A stretch of DNA of 64,000 nt from positions 6,654-70,653 of the forward strand of contig JAQSWY010000022.1 in the NCBI GenBank assembly GCA_029266425.1, in the 5' to 3' direction. Under the pieces are notes generated by a model. The model saw nothing but the letters and a program-made list of their open reading frames with translations. It was not told the DNA's origin and searched no databases. Position numbers and translations under genes: made by a program. The number at the start of each line of letters is the position of its first letter. Position 1 is the stretch's first letter. This document shows, piece after piece, positions 40,504-50,356 of the stretch. The DNA is from Xanthobacteraceae bacterium (GTDB lineage: Bacteria > Pseudomonadota > Alphaproteobacteria > Rhizobiales > Xanthobacteraceae).

Positions 40504-41069
40504 TCCGCGAGACCATCATTTCCACCCGCTCGGCCGACGGCAAGCCGCACCTCGCTCCGCTGGGCGCGACCGTGATCGAGGGCGGCTACCTGCTGCAGCC
40601 GTTCCGGCCGTCGCGCACGCTCGACAATCTGCTGGCGACGCGGGTCGCCTGCATCAATTTCACCGACGATGTGCGCATCTTCGCCGCGCTGGTCTCGCGC
40701 AACAGACAGCTTCCGGTCCCGCTCGCCAAGGCGACCAGGATCGATTGCCAGCGCATCGCCGCGACGCTCGCCCATCAGGAGCTCGAGGTCGATCGCATCG
40801 AGGAGGACGAGCAGCGTCCGCGCTTCTTCTGCAGGATCGCGCACAGCGAGATGCACCGGCCCTTCATGGGGCTGAACCGCGCCAAGGCGGCGGTGATCGA
40901 GGGCGCGGTTCTGGTCAGCCGGCTGTCCATGCTGCCGCCCGAGAAGATCGACCGCGAGATGGCCTATCTCGCGGTCGCCGTGCAGAAGACCGCCGGCCCC
41001 GAGGAGAAGGAAGCCTGGGACTGGCTGGTCGAGGCGGTTGCCGCCCACCGACAGGCAAAAGCCTCATGA
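40500..41069 (+). CDS. DUF447-family protein Orf19
   Basis: IRETIIST, HLAPLG, NRAKAAVIE, KTAGPEE. Confidence 0.85.
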   Translation: MIRETIISTRSADGKPHLAPLGATVIEGGYLLQPFRPSRTLDNLLATRVACINFTDDVRIFAALVSRNRQLPVPLAKATRIDCQRIAATLAHQELEVDRIEEDEQRPRFFCRIAHSEMHRPFMGLNRAKAAVIEGAVLVSRLSMLPPEKIDREMAYLAVAVQKTAGPEEKEAWDWLVEAVAAHRQAKAS

Positions 41070-41082
41070 CGGGATTGGCCTC

Positions 41083-41790
41083 ATGACGGGATTGCTCGCC
41101 AGCGTCTCCGATCTCGGCGAAATGCGCCTCGCCCGTACCGGCGGGGCGGATGTGATCGATCTCAAGCAGCCGGCCTTCGGCGCGCTGGGCGCCTGGAGCA
41201 CCGATGCGCTCACCGCCGCCGTCCAGTTCTGGAGCGCCTGGCCGCATCCGCGCCCGCTGCTCTCCGCCACCGCCGGCGACCAGCCCATGGTGGCGGCGAT
41301 CGTGCGCGCGGCGGTGGAGCGGGTGGCGGAAACCGGCGTGCCGATTATCAAGGTCGGGCTGTTCGCCTCCCCCCACGCCGCCGAGTGCATCGAGGCGCTG
41401 GCGCCGATGGCGGCGAAGAAGCGGCTGATCGGCGTGCTGTTCGCCGACCAGGAGCCGGACATGGCACTGCTGCCGGTGCTGGGGCGCGCCGGCTTCCTCG
41501 GCGCGATGCTCGACACCGCGGACAAGAAGTCCGGCCGGCTGACGCATCATCTCGATACGCTTACCTTGGGCCAGTTCGTGACGGAAGCCCGCCGCAACGG
41601 CCTGATGACCGGGCTCGCCGGCTCGCTCTCCATGGCCGACATCGCGCCCTTGAAGGCGGTCGGCGCGGATTATCTCGGCTTCCGCGGCGCGATCTGCACC
41701 GGCGGGCGCGAAGGCCGCGTCGACCCGCGCCGCCTGCGCGCCGTGCGCACCCGGCTGACCCGGGCGGCTCCGGCGACGGGCGGGGAGTAG
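41083..41790 (+). CDS. mfnB: (5-formylfuran-3-yl)methyl phosphate synthase, Orf22/MfnB-like
   Basis: LLASVS, GADVIDLKQPAFGALGA, MLDTADK, GLAGSL, LGFRGAIC. Confidence 0.8.
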   Translation: MTGLLASVSDLGEMRLARTGGADVIDLKQPAFGALGAWSTDALTAAVQFWSAWPHPRPLLSATAGDQPMVAAIVRAAVERVAETGVPIIKVGLFASPHAAECIEALAPMAAKKRLIGVLFADQEPDMALLPVLGRAGFLGAMLDTADKKSGRLTHHLDTLTLGQFVTEARRNGLMTGLAGSLSMADIAPLKAVGADYLGFRGAICTGGREGRVDPRRLRAVRTRLTRAAPATGGE

Positions 41791-41804
41791 CGGCGTCCAG
41801 CTGC

Positions 41805-41934
41805 AACATCCTTCGAGGCCCGGCTTAGCCGGGCACCCCGGCGGTTGGCCAATGACCAATCGCTAGGGATGAGATTCATTTGAAAGAACAACCTCATCCT
41901 GAGGTGCGAGCGCGGCGAGCCTCGAAGGATGCTC
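41805..41934. repeat. Family A repeat (long variant)
   Basis: CATCCTTCGAGG...GGTTGGCCAATGACCAATCG...CCTCGAAGGATGCTC. Confidence 0.85.
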
Positions 41935-42023
41935 ACGCAAAGCCCCCCGGTCACAGCCCTGTGCCTACTTGCGGCCCCCTTGCCCGCACCTTTATGAGCG
42001 CCGACACACGGAGCGCGCAGCCA

Positions 42024-43058
42024 ATGGAAATCGGCGTCTACACCTTCGCGGAGACCGGGCCGGAGCATCCCCCGCGCCAGCGCCTCGCCGAGCTGATGGA
42101 GGAGATCCGCCTCGCCGACGAGGTCGGGCTCGACGTGTTCGGGGTGGGCGAGCATCACCGGCCGGATTTCGCAGTCTCGGCGCCCGCCATCATCCTCGCC
42201 GCCGCCGCGACCATCACCAAGCGCATCAAGCTCGCCAGCGCGGTCACCGTGCTCTCGTCCGACGATCCGGTGCGGGTGTTCCAGCAATTCGCCACGGTTG
42301 ACCTCCTCTCCGGCGGGCGCGCCGAGATCATGGCCGGGCGCGGCTCCTTCATCGAATCCTTCCCACTGTTCGGCCAGGACCTGAACGATTACGACGCGCT
42401 GTTCGCCGAAAACCTCGACCTGCTGCTGCGCATCAGAGCCGATGAGCGGGTGAGCTGGCCGGGCGGACACCGCGCCGCGATCGACAATCTCGGCGTCTAT
42501 CCGCGCCCGGAGCGGGAGCTGCCGGTGTGGATCGCGGTCGGCGGTACCCCGCAATCGGTGGTGCGCGCCGGCACGCTCGGCCTGCCGCTCGCGCTCGCTA
42601 TAATCGGCGGCCAGCCGGAGCGCTTTGCGCCGCTGGTCGATCTCTATCGCGAGGCGGGCCGCCGCGCCGGGCATGAGCCCCAGTCCCTCAAGGTCGGCAT
42701 CAATTCGCACGGCCTCATAGCGGACGATCCGAAGGCCGCCGCCGACACCTTCTTCCCGCCTTACGCGACCATGATGGGGCGCATCGGGCGCGAGCGCGGC
42801 TGGCCGCCGCTGTCGCGCGCGCACTTCGATGCCGGGGTCGATCTGCGCGGCCATCTGGTCGCCGGCAGCCCGCAGCAGGTGATCGACAAGATCCTGTTCC
42901 AGCACGAGCTTTTCCACCACGACCGGTTCCTGCTGCAAATCAGCGTCGGGCCGATGGCGCACGCGCACGTGCTGCGCGCCATCGAGCTGCTGGGCACCAA
43001 AGTCGCCCCTGTGGTGCGCCGCGAACTGGCGAATAAGCCGCTCGTCGCCGGCGCTTGA
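42024..43058 (+). CDS. Luciferase-like (LLM class) flavin-dependent monooxygenase
   Basis: [32 protein letters not shown]. Confidence 0.9.
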   Translation: MEIGVYTFAETGPEHPPRQRLAELMEEIRLADEVGLDVFGVGEHHRPDFAVSAPAIILAAAATITKRIKLASAVTVLSSDDPVRVFQQFATVDLLSGGRAEIMAGRGSFIESFPLFGQDLNDYDALFAENLDLLLRIRADERVSWPGGHRAAIDNLGVYPRPERELPVWIAVGGTPQSVVRAGTLGLPLALAIIGGQPERFAPLVDLYREAGRRAGHEPQSLKVGINSHGLIADDPKAAADTFFPPYATMMGRIGRERGWPPLSRAHFDAGVDLRGHLVAGSPQQVIDKILFQHELFHHDRFLLQISVGPMAHAHVLRAIELLGTKVAPVVRRELANKPLVAGA

Positions 43059-43254
43059 CAGCACTCCTTTACAGGTTCACTGAGCAGACGCCGCAGCCAC
43101 TGCGCCGCGGCGCAACCGGAACACCAACACCCATGCCCAGCGACAGTTACAGTCGATTGCCGAAAGCGGCCGCCGCGGCCTGATCGCAGGGTGAAGTCCC
43201 GGATCGGCTCCCGCGAACGCCGCTGACGGCGTTCCGACGGAAAGAAGAGCCGAT

Positions 43255-44649
43255 ATGGACGAGATTCGGAATCCCTCCGAAGACGATCTCGATGCCCGCC
43301 AGCGCGCGGCCGACGTGGCCGAGCTCATCGCTGAGCTGTCCGAGGAACATCCCGCCGACATCGCCGCGGCGCTGGAGGAGGAAGAGCCGGAAACCGCGTC
43401 CGCGGTACTGGCCGGCCTGCCGCGCGAGCGCGCGGTCGAGGTGCTGGACTACCCCGAATTCGAGCAATATGCCGACGTCATCGAGGAGTTGCCCGTCGTC
43501 CAGGCGGTGTCGCTGATCGCCGGCATGTCGACCGACCGCGCCGCCGAGCTGTTCCGCCAGCTCGAGGAGCCGATACGCTCGGATCTGTTCTCCCGGCTCG
43601 ACGACGCGACGCAGGCCTCGATCAGCCGGCTGCTGTCGTATCCGGAGCACACCGCCGGCGCGCTGATGACGACCGAATTCGTCACCGTGCCCTCGAACTG
43701 GACGGTGGGCGACACGCTGCGCCACATCCGCGCCATCGAGCGCACGCGAGAGACCATCTACGCCATCTATGTGCTCGATCCCTCGACGCACAAGCTGATG
43801 AAGGCGGTGACGCTGCGCCGCCTCATCACCGGCGAGCCGCAGGAGCCGATCCTCTCGGTGGCGCCGCAGCACGACCCGATCACCACCACCCCGCTCACCG
43901 ACCGCGAGGACGTGGCGCGGCTGATCTCGAAATACGACCTGCTCGCGGTGCCGGTGGTGAGCGACAAGGACCATGTGCTCGGCATCGTCACCGTCGACGA
44001 CATGATCGACGCCATCATCGAGGAAGGCACCGAGGACGCGCAGAAGTTCGGCGGCATGGAAGCGCTCGACGAGCCCTATATGGAGATCGGCTTCCTCGAC
44101 ATGCTGAAGAAGCGCGCCGGCTGGCTGTGCGTGCTGTTCCTCGGCGAGATGCTGACCGCGAGCGCCATGCAGCATTTCGAGGAGGAGCTGGAGAAGGCGA
44201 TCGTGCTGACGCTGTTCATCCCGCTGATCATGAGCTCGGGCGGCAATTCGGGCTCGCAGGCGACCTCACTGATCATCCGCTCGCTGGCGCTGCACGAAGT
44301 GACGCTCGCCGACTGGTGGCGCGTGGCGCTGCGCGAGATCCCCTCGGGCCTGGCGCTGGGCTCGATCCTTGGCGCGCTGGGCTTCGCCCGCCTCGTGCTG
44401 TGGCAGCAGCTCGGCATCTATGACTATGGCGAGCACTGGTTCCTGGTGGCCTGCACCGTTGGCGCGGCGCTAGTCGGCATCGTGACCTTCGGCTCGTTCG
44501 TCGGCTCGATGCTGCCCTTCGTCCTGCGCCGGCTCGGCTTCGACCCGGCCAGCGCCTCGGCGCCGTTCGTGGCGACGCTGGTCGATGTGACCGGCCTCGT
44601 CATCTATTTCAGCGTGGCGCTGGCGATACTGGGCGGGACGCTGCTGTAG
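43255..44649 (+). CDS. mgtE: Magnesium transporter MgtE
   Basis: N-domain, CBS pair, PLIMSSGGNSGSQ, DPASASAPFVATLVDVTG. Confidence 0.95.
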   Translation: MDEIRNPSEDDLDARQRAADVAELIAELSEEHPADIAAALEEEEPETASAVLAGLPRERAVEVLDYPEFEQYADVIEELPVVQAVSLIAGMSTDRAAELFRQLEEPIRSDLFSRLDDATQASISRLLSYPEHTAGALMTTEFVTVPSNWTVGDTLRHIRAIERTRETIYAIYVLDPSTHKLMKAVTLRRLITGEPQEPILSVAPQHDPITTTPLTDREDVARLISKYDLLAVPVVSDKDHVLGIVTVDDMIDAIIEEGTEDAQKFGGMEALDEPYMEIGFLDMLKKRAGWLCVLFLGEMLTASAMQHFEEELEKAIVLTLFIPLIMSSGGNSGSQATSLIIRSLALHEVTLADWWRVALREIPSGLALGSILGALGFARLVLWQQLGIYDYGEHWFLVACTVGAALVGIVTFGSFVGSMLPFVLRRLGFDPASASAPFVATLVDVTGLVIYFSVALAILGGTLL

Positions 44650-44687
44650 GGCATGCCCGACAACGCGACGTCATCCGCTCGGCACGC

Positions 44688-44767
44688 CGTGATCCCCCGG
44701 CTTGTCCCGGGGATCCACGCCCTTGTTCCCGAAACCGTGGATGGCCGGGACGAGCCCGGCCATGACG
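44688..44767. repeat. Family C repeat between convergent genes
   Basis: CGTGATCCCCCGGCTTGTCCCGGGGATC...GATGGCCGGGACGAGCCCGGCCATGACG. Confidence 0.85.
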
Positions 44768-44786
44768 CCTTTTTGTGAGAACGCGC

Positions 44787-45002
44787 TTACGCCGCGCGCG
44801 ATGGGTTCGAGACCGTCGGCGTACCCTGGTGGAAGGCACCCTTGATCATGGCGCGCAGTTCCGGTGTGTCCTTGTGCCCATGCACGCTGACCGCGTGCTG
44901 CACGGCAGCCTCCAGCAGTTCCTTCTCGCTGTCCGCGGCCATGGCGAGGGTGCAATTCTTCTCGCTGGGGACTTCCCGGCAATCGATGAAGACACGTCCC
45001 AT
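44787..45002 (-). CDS. DUF1059-family small metal-binding protein
   Basis: IDCREVPSEKNCT...AVQHAVSVHGH; GGAGG SD. Confidence 0.8.
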   Translation of the reverse strand: MGRVFIDCREVPSEKNCTLAMAADSEKELLEAAVQHAVSVHGHKDTPELRAMIKGAFHQGTPTVSNPSRAA

Positions 45003-45208
45003 GAACGCCTCCTGTGGCGAGAGCGCCGGGCCGTCGCAATGGCGCCCGCGCCCAGAGCGACGATACGCCCGGTGGCAGCGGCGCTCAAATCACGAAAAAC
45101 ACGGACGAACTCACGCTAAATCGGAACCACGTCGTCCTTCGAGGCTCGCCGAGTTCGCACCGCTGGATGGCGTGGCTTGAGCAATGCTCCAGCATCGCCA
45201 CGGCAATG

Positions 45209-46009
45209 CTACCGCAGCACCAGCACCTCGCCCTGCCCACCGAGCAGCGTGTCCCCGACCATGCGGCGGGCGGAGGTGACGCCGTCGAGGAGGTTCTTCA
45301 GGTCCGCGATCCGGCGCGACAGCAGCCTTAGCGCGATGAGGTCGTGGCTGCCGGTGTCGACGAAGCCGGCCGGCAGCACGGGGGCGCTTCGGGTGAAGAC
45401 CGTGCCGCGCTTCATGCCGCGCCCGGCCAGCGCGCCGATGGCGCCTTCCACCGCGACGGTGCCGGCGATCATGTCGGTCGCCAGCCCCTCGCCCGCATCG
45501 CCGCCGACGACGATCAGCCCGCCGCGCTGGCGCTCGGCGAGGCGTTTCCCGGCCGAGCCGTGGATGGCGAGCACCCCGCCCGACATGCCGCGGCGCGAAC
45601 CGGACGAGGCGGCGCCGGCATGGTCGTCGGCATTGCCCTTCACATCGATGCGTCCGCCGGCGAGCTCGGCGCCGAGATACTCCCCGGCATTGCCGGCAAT
45701 GCGCAGCGCCCCGCCCGACATGCCGCGCCCCGCCCAGGCGCCGACGTCGCCATCGACGATGATCTCGCCCTGCTCCAGCCCGGCGCCGACATTGTCGAGC
45801 CTGGCATCGCCGATCTCGATCACCAGCGGGCCGGCGCTGCCGGCGCCTTCGATGAAGAACAGCTCCGCCAGCGGCCGCATGCGTCCGCCATAGGGAAGCT
45901 GGAGATATTCCGCCTCGCGCAGGGTCAGCGGCGCCAGCGCGGCGGGGGTGATGCCCGCGAGGTCGAGCCGGGCGGCGAAGGGAGCGTGCGGCCTCAAGGT
46001 GATGGTCAT
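45209..46009 (-). CDS. fhcC: Formyltransferase/hydrolase complex subunit C
   Basis: Gly-rich beta-helix repeats (GMSGG, MIAGT, GMKRGT). Confidence 0.92.
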   Translation of the reverse strand: MTITLRPHAPFAARLDLAGITPAALAPLTLREAEYLQLPYGGRMRPLAELFFIEGAGSAGPLVIEIGDARLDNVGAGLEQGEIIVDGDVGAWAGRGMSGGALRIAGNAGEYLGAELAGGRIDVKGNADDHAGAASSGSRRGMSGGVLAIHGSAGKRLAERQRGGLIVVGGDAGEGLATDMIAGTVAVEGAIGALAGRGMKRGTVFTRSAPVLPAGFVDTGSHDLIALRLLSRRIADLKNLLDGVTSARRMVGDTLLGGQGEVLVLR

Positions 46010-46932
46010 GCCACGGCTCCCCCGGTAACGCCTTCTCCCGCCATGATCTCGCGCAGCTTGAAATGGAACGGCCCGAGATTGCCGCCATAATTGCCGGCAT
46101 CGATGGCGGTGATGCCGCCGGCCGCGCCGATCTCGCACACCGCCTTGATGCCGACGCGGGTCGCCTCGGCGACGGAATCGAAGCTCACGCCGTCAATGAC
46201 GATCTCCATCACCGAGCCCACCTCGGGGGTGAGCGCGCTCGCCACCGCGCCGCGCAGGGTCGGGCAATAGGCGTCGTTGGTGGAGGCGAACAGGCCCTTG
46301 TATTTCGAGCCGACCTTGGAGCCGGAGCGCACGATGCCGCCGGGGAACGGCAATATGTTGCCCTCCACCGTGCCCATCGCCTTCACCGCGGCCTCCGCGG
46401 CGGCGAGCGCCTGCGGCCGCGAGCGGGCGAGGATGAGGAAATTGCCGCCTCCGACCCCGTCCACCGAGCCGGTGTCCTCGTCGCAGACGAACTCGCCCTC
46501 CATCACCGGCAGGCGCCAGAAGCGCTTGTCGCCGATCTTCTTCGAGATCTGGTGGCCATCGGAGAAGTAGCGGATGGTCTTGGCGAGTGGCACCCGCTTG
46601 CCGGTCTCCATGCCGGCATAGCAGGCCGTGGTCGGACAGGTGAGGATGCACTGGCCGAGGCGCAGCGGCACCACCTTCTTCAGCGAGCCGAGGTCCATCG
46701 CGAAGATCAGGATGGCAATGCCCGGGCGTCCGTCGGGGGTCTCGCCGGCGGGGATCTCCCGCTCGATGCCGGCCTCGCAGCCGCAGCCGATCACGGAGGT
46801 GGCAAAGCCCGTGGTGACGCGCGCCGCGGTCAGCGCCCATTCCGGCGTGTCGGCGGTGATGACGAGCCGTGTTCCCACCATAGGGAAGGCCTCGGCGAAG
46901 CTGTCGCGGATCTCGACGCCGTTGATGATCAT
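46006..46932 (-). CDS. fhcD: Formylmethanofuran-H4MPT formyltransferase (FhcD)
   Basis: DSFAEAFPM, TSVIGCGCEAG, TPDGRPG, RSGSKVGSKY, AGNYGGNLG. Confidence 0.96.
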   Translation of the reverse strand: MIINGVEIRDSFAEAFPMVGTRLVITADTPEWALTAARVTTGFATSVIGCGCEAGIEREIPAGETPDGRPGIAILIFAMDLGSLKKVVPLRLGQCILTCPTTACYAGMETGKRVPLAKTIRYFSDGHQISKKIGDKRFWRLPVMEGEFVCDEDTGSVDGVGGGNFLILARSRPQALAAAEAAVKAMGTVEGNILPFPGGIVRSGSKVGSKYKGLFASTNDAYCPTLRGAVASALTPEVGSVMEIVIDGVSFDSVAEATRVGIKAVCEIGAAGGITAIDAGNYGGNLGPFHFKLREIMAGEGVTGGAVA

Positions 46933-46948
46933 CGCGGCGCTCCCGGGC

Positions 46949-47060
46949 GAGCATCCTTCGAGGCTCGCTGACGCTCGCACCTGAGGATGAGGCTGTTCTC
47001 TAAAGGCGACCTCATCCTGAGGTGCCCGGCATCGCCGGGCCTCGAAGGATGCTGAAGCAG
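46949..47060. repeat. Family A repeat inside the fhc operon
   Basis: GAGCATCCTTCGAGG...CCTCGAAGGATGCTGAAGCAG. Confidence 0.88.
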
Positions 47061-47074
47061 ACGACCCGCCACCA

Positions 47075-48727
47075 TCACGGCGCCCCCACGCATTTCAGTA
47101 TCGTCGGCCCCGCGCCACCGCGCAGCTCGCCGTCGGATATGCGGAAGTGCTTCGCCTTCAGCCCCACCGCATCGTCGAACCAGCGGGTTATGTCGGCCTC
47201 GACCGAGCGGTCGAAATCCGGGCGCAGCACATGGGTGGTACCGGCGACGAGATCGACGATCTCGCCTTCCTTGACGATCAGCCGGCCATTCTTGAAGACG
47301 TAACGCGCCTTCGAGAACATCGCCTCGCGGTCGGCATCTTCCTTATAGACCACGACATCGCCCACCCCACCCGGCGCCAGATGGCCCTTGTCGGTGAGGC
47401 CGAGGATGCGGGCCGGGGCGGCACGGGTGAGGATGGCGATCTCCTCCAGCGAGTATTCGCGGGTGATCTCCGCCAGCATGGTGTGCTGCTGGGCCACCTT
47501 GTTGAGGGTTGCCAGTTGGGCGTTGCGGAAATCGCGGTCCATCAGCAGCCGGATGAGATGCGGATAGGTGGTGAACGGCCCGCCATTGGGGTGGTCCGTC
47601 GTAAGGAAAATGCGCCACGGGTCTTCCACCAGCAGGAACAGCTCCAGCCCGATGGCCCATTGCAGCGCATTGACGAAGGACTTGTCGCGATATTCGAACG
47701 GCACCACGCCGCAGGCGGCGTCGAGCTCGATGTCCATGCCGATCGACTTCTTCGGGCTCGCCATGCCGCGGTTGCGGTATTGCGACATGTAGTCGGCCGA
47801 GGCCGTCACCGTCTGGCCGAACATCACCTGGCCGACATCGACCGAGATGTTCGGATTGGCGTTCACCAATTCTGCGATGCGGGCCGCGCCGGAAGAGAAT
47901 TTGCGGTCGCCCTCGGTGCCGTAGGAATGGAACTGGAGGTGCGTCAGATGCAGCCGCCGCCCCTCGGTGGCAAGGATGGTGGCGAGCGTGGTGTCGTCGT
48001 TTCCCGGAACGCCGAGATTGCAGCCGTGCAGGTGGATCGGGTGCGGCACGCCGAGCTCGGTCACCGCGCGGATCAGGGTGAGCAGCACCTGGCGCGGCGT
48101 CACCTCGTAATAGGGGTTGGCCTCGTCGAGATCGAGCTTGCGGGCATTGAACTTGAAGGCGTTGATGCCGCCGGGATTGACGATCTTGATGGCGAAGGCC
48201 TGCGTCGCCTCGATCATCCAGCCGACATAGGCATTGATCTGCGCCTGCGGGGCGCCGGCCGCCATTAGCCGCAGTATGTAGTCGTCATTGCCCAGCACGA
48301 GGTAGGCGCCGGTGTCGAGATTGGGGATGTCCGCCATCTCGAGATGGGCGCCGCGCGCATTGGCGCCGAGCATGGCCGGCTCGAACACCGTGGTGTAGCC
48401 GAGCTCGGCATAGCGGCATCCGGTGGCGTGCGCGGTCGGCACTGCGCGCCCGCCGCCGCAGCCGCAGAAGGCACCGCGCAGTTCGGGATAGGCGCGGCGA
48501 TCCTCCTGCATGAGCAGGCGGGCGAGGTTCATCTTGCCGCCGGCGATGTGGCTGTGCAGGTCGATGCCGCCGGCCATGACGATATCGCCGTTCAGGGCGT
48601 ATTCCTGATCGGCGGTCTCGTTGGTCGCCGCGACAATGCGGCCGTCCAGTATTTCCACGTCGCGCGCGACAGCGACTTCACCATTGGCCGGGTCGAGCAC
48701 ACGCCCACCCTTGAGCCGCAGTCTCAT
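47075..48727 (-). CDS. fhcA: Formyltransferase/hydrolase complex subunit A (amidohydrolase)
   Basis: DLHSHIAGGK, KIVNPGG, HLHGCNLG, TTDHPNGGPF. Confidence 0.95.
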   Translation of the reverse strand: MRLRLKGGRVLDPANGEVAVARDVEILDGRIVAATNETADQEYALNGDIVMAGGIDLHSHIAGGKMNLARLLMQEDRRAYPELRGAFCGCGGGRAVPTAHATGCRYAELGYTTVFEPAMLGANARGAHLEMADIPNLDTGAYLVLGNDDYILRLMAAGAPQAQINAYVGWMIEATQAFAIKIVNPGGINAFKFNARKLDLDEANPYYEVTPRQVLLTLIRAVTELGVPHPIHLHGCNLGVPGNDDTTLATILATEGRRLHLTHLQFHSYGTEGDRKFSSGAARIAELVNANPNISVDVGQVMFGQTVTASADYMSQYRNRGMASPKKSIGMDIELDAACGVVPFEYRDKSFVNALQWAIGLELFLLVEDPWRIFLTTDHPNGGPFTTYPHLIRLLMDRDFRNAQLATLNKVAQQHTMLAEITREYSLEEIAILTRAAPARILGLTDKGHLAPGGVGDVVVYKEDADREAMFSKARYVFKNGRLIVKEGEIVDLVAGTTHVLRPDFDRSVEADITRWFDDAVGLKAKHFRISDGELRGGAGPTILKCVGAP

Positions 48728-49983
48728 GCAACTCCTCCCGCTATTCGGCGCACAGCCTCGGCGACGCCGGGCAGCGTCGCGACGCGCAAGGCGCCGAGCG
48801 GCAGGCTCACTATGGAATCCATGCGGAACACGGTGCCGGCATGGTCGATGCCGGGCGTGCCCACGGGGATGAAGACGTCGGGCGCCTTGTCGAACGCCGT
48901 CTCGGCATGGCCGAGCACGATGGTCTTGCCCTCGAAGGGCGGCGGCGGTTCCGGCCGGAAGGCCGAGACCCAGACGAGAACATCGGCATCCTTGAGCGCG
49001 GTGCTGGTGGCATAGAGCGCCGCATCGTGCTCGGATGTGCCGCCGCGAATTGCCGTGCGCAGCGGATAGCCGAGCCGCCACAGCATCATCTGGTTCAGCC
49101 CGATGATGTTGTCGCGCCCGCCGAGCGGGAACACCCCGGCGCGGGTGGCGACGTTCAGCGCGTCGGCGAGCGCGGTGGCGCGCTCGGCCACCAGGTCGCC
49201 CTCGTCGAGGTCCGCCGCGTTCCAGGTGAGGACCGCGTACCGTGCCGCGGCCAGTGCCGTCGCCGCGGCGGCAAGCTCGCTCGCGGGCACGCCACCGATG
49301 CTCTCGCCCGCCAGGCTGCGCCCGCCGACGAGGCCGGCGAGCGCGGCAAGCGCCTCCGCCAGGTCGGTTGCCGGCAGGCTCGTCACGTCGGCCTTGGCGA
49401 GCTGCGCCGCGGCGCGCGTGCCCGGCGTGCCGCCGAGGAAGATGACCTTGCGTCCTTCGCCGGCAAACAAGGGCGTGTCTGGGAACAGCCGCTCGAAGAG
49501 CCGGCCGAAATTCGGCGTCGGATCGTTGCCGATCACCAGCAGCACGTCGCAGCGATTGCGCACCTCGGCAAGCGTGGTCGCCAGCCAGCCGGTGCGCTGG
49601 GTCGCAGTGTAGTTGCGGAACAGGCCGATGGAGGCCGCATGGTCGAACACGCCGCCGGTGCCGGCAGCGAGGTCGAGCAGCGCCTGGCCGCCGGCGATGT
49701 CGGTGCCGAGCCCGGCGAACAGCGGCGTGCTGGCGGCAGTGAGGAGCGCGCGCGCTTCGTCGAAAGCTTCCTGCGCGCTGCAGGGCACTCCATATCGGCT
49801 GAAATCGGGATCGGCGGCGTCCATGCGCTGCAGCAGCTTCGCCGCCTCCGGGCAGGCCGTGCCGGCCGCGCGCACCGCCCGTCCCTCGACCTCCACCCTC
49901 AAATCATCGCAGCCGAGCCCGCAGAAACCGCAGACGACGTCTTCGACAATGTGCTTTCCCGTATCCACCATAGGATCAATCAT
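48724..49983 (-). CDS. fhcB: Formyltransferase/hydrolase complex subunit B (FwdB-like)
   Basis: CGFCGLGCDD, TTLAEVRNRCD, PVGTPGIDHAG, FRMD; start uncertain (49983 or 49971). Confidence 0.9.
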   Translation of the reverse strand: MIDPMVDTGKHIVEDVVCGFCGLGCDDLRVEVEGRAVRAAGTACPEAAKLLQRMDAADPDFSRYGVPCSAQEAFDEARALLTAASTPLFAGLGTDIAGGQALLDLAAGTGGVFDHAASIGLFRNYTATQRTGWLATTLAEVRNRCDVLLVIGNDPTPNFGRLFERLFPDTPLFAGEGRKVIFLGGTPGTRAAAQLAKADVTSLPATDLAEALAALAGLVGGRSLAGESIGGVPASELAAAATALAAARYAVLTWNAADLDEGDLVAERATALADALNVATRAGVFPLGGRDNIIGLNQMMLWRLGYPLRTAIRGGTSEHDAALYATSTALKDADVLVWVSAFRPEPPPPFEGKTIVLGHAETAFDKAPDVFIPVGTPGIDHAGTVFRMDSIVSLPLGALRVATLPGVAEAVRRIAGGVA

Positions 49984-50356
49984 ATTTGATATAGGCGAAC
50001 CGCATGTCGCCGCGCGGCGTGCCCTCCAGAGCGGCCTCGGGTTCAAGTCCCGGCTGCCACGCGACGACTTCCTCGATCTTCTTCGCAAGGGCGAAGTCGC
50101 GCTCGGTCACGCCCTTGGCGTCGTGCGACATCAGTCTCACTTCGACCCAGGCATAGGAAGCCGTGATATCCGGATGGTGCCAGGCCGCCTCGGCGAGATG
50201 GCCGACGGTATTGATCACCATCAGGGTGCCCTTCCAGCTATTGGTCTTGTAGTTGCGGCGGATCCACCCGTCCTCCAGCCGCCATTTCGGCAGCTCGGCG
50301 GCGAGGCGGTCCTGGATTTCCTTGTCGGAAAAGGTTTTCTTGCGATCGACCGGCAT
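49976..50356 (-). CDS. pcbD: Pterin-4a-carbinolamine dehydratase family protein (PcbD)
   Basis: HLAEAAWHHPD, SHDAKGVTERDF; GGAGG SD. Confidence 0.88.
   Translation of the reverse strand: MPVDRKKTFSDKEIQDRLAAELPKWRLEDGWIRRNYKTNSWKGTLMVINTVGHLAEAAWHHPDITASYAWVEVRLMSHDAKGVTERDFALAKKIEEVVAWQPGLEPEAALEGTPRGDMRFAYIKYD

Noticed and set aside
41880-42023. N-terminal extensions of the LLM, fhcD and mxbD ORFs running into family A repeats
   Set aside because: The LLM and fhcD genes have downstream starts with SD sequences matching the family N-terminus, and the mxbD extension has no supporting SD, so these look like chance open frames, unlike the 26186 case.
45209-49983. Methanogen-type formylmethanofuran dehydrogenase, implying methanogenesis or recent archaeal transfer
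   Set aside because: This is the standard bacterial fhcBADC of methylotrophs with host-like codon usage.
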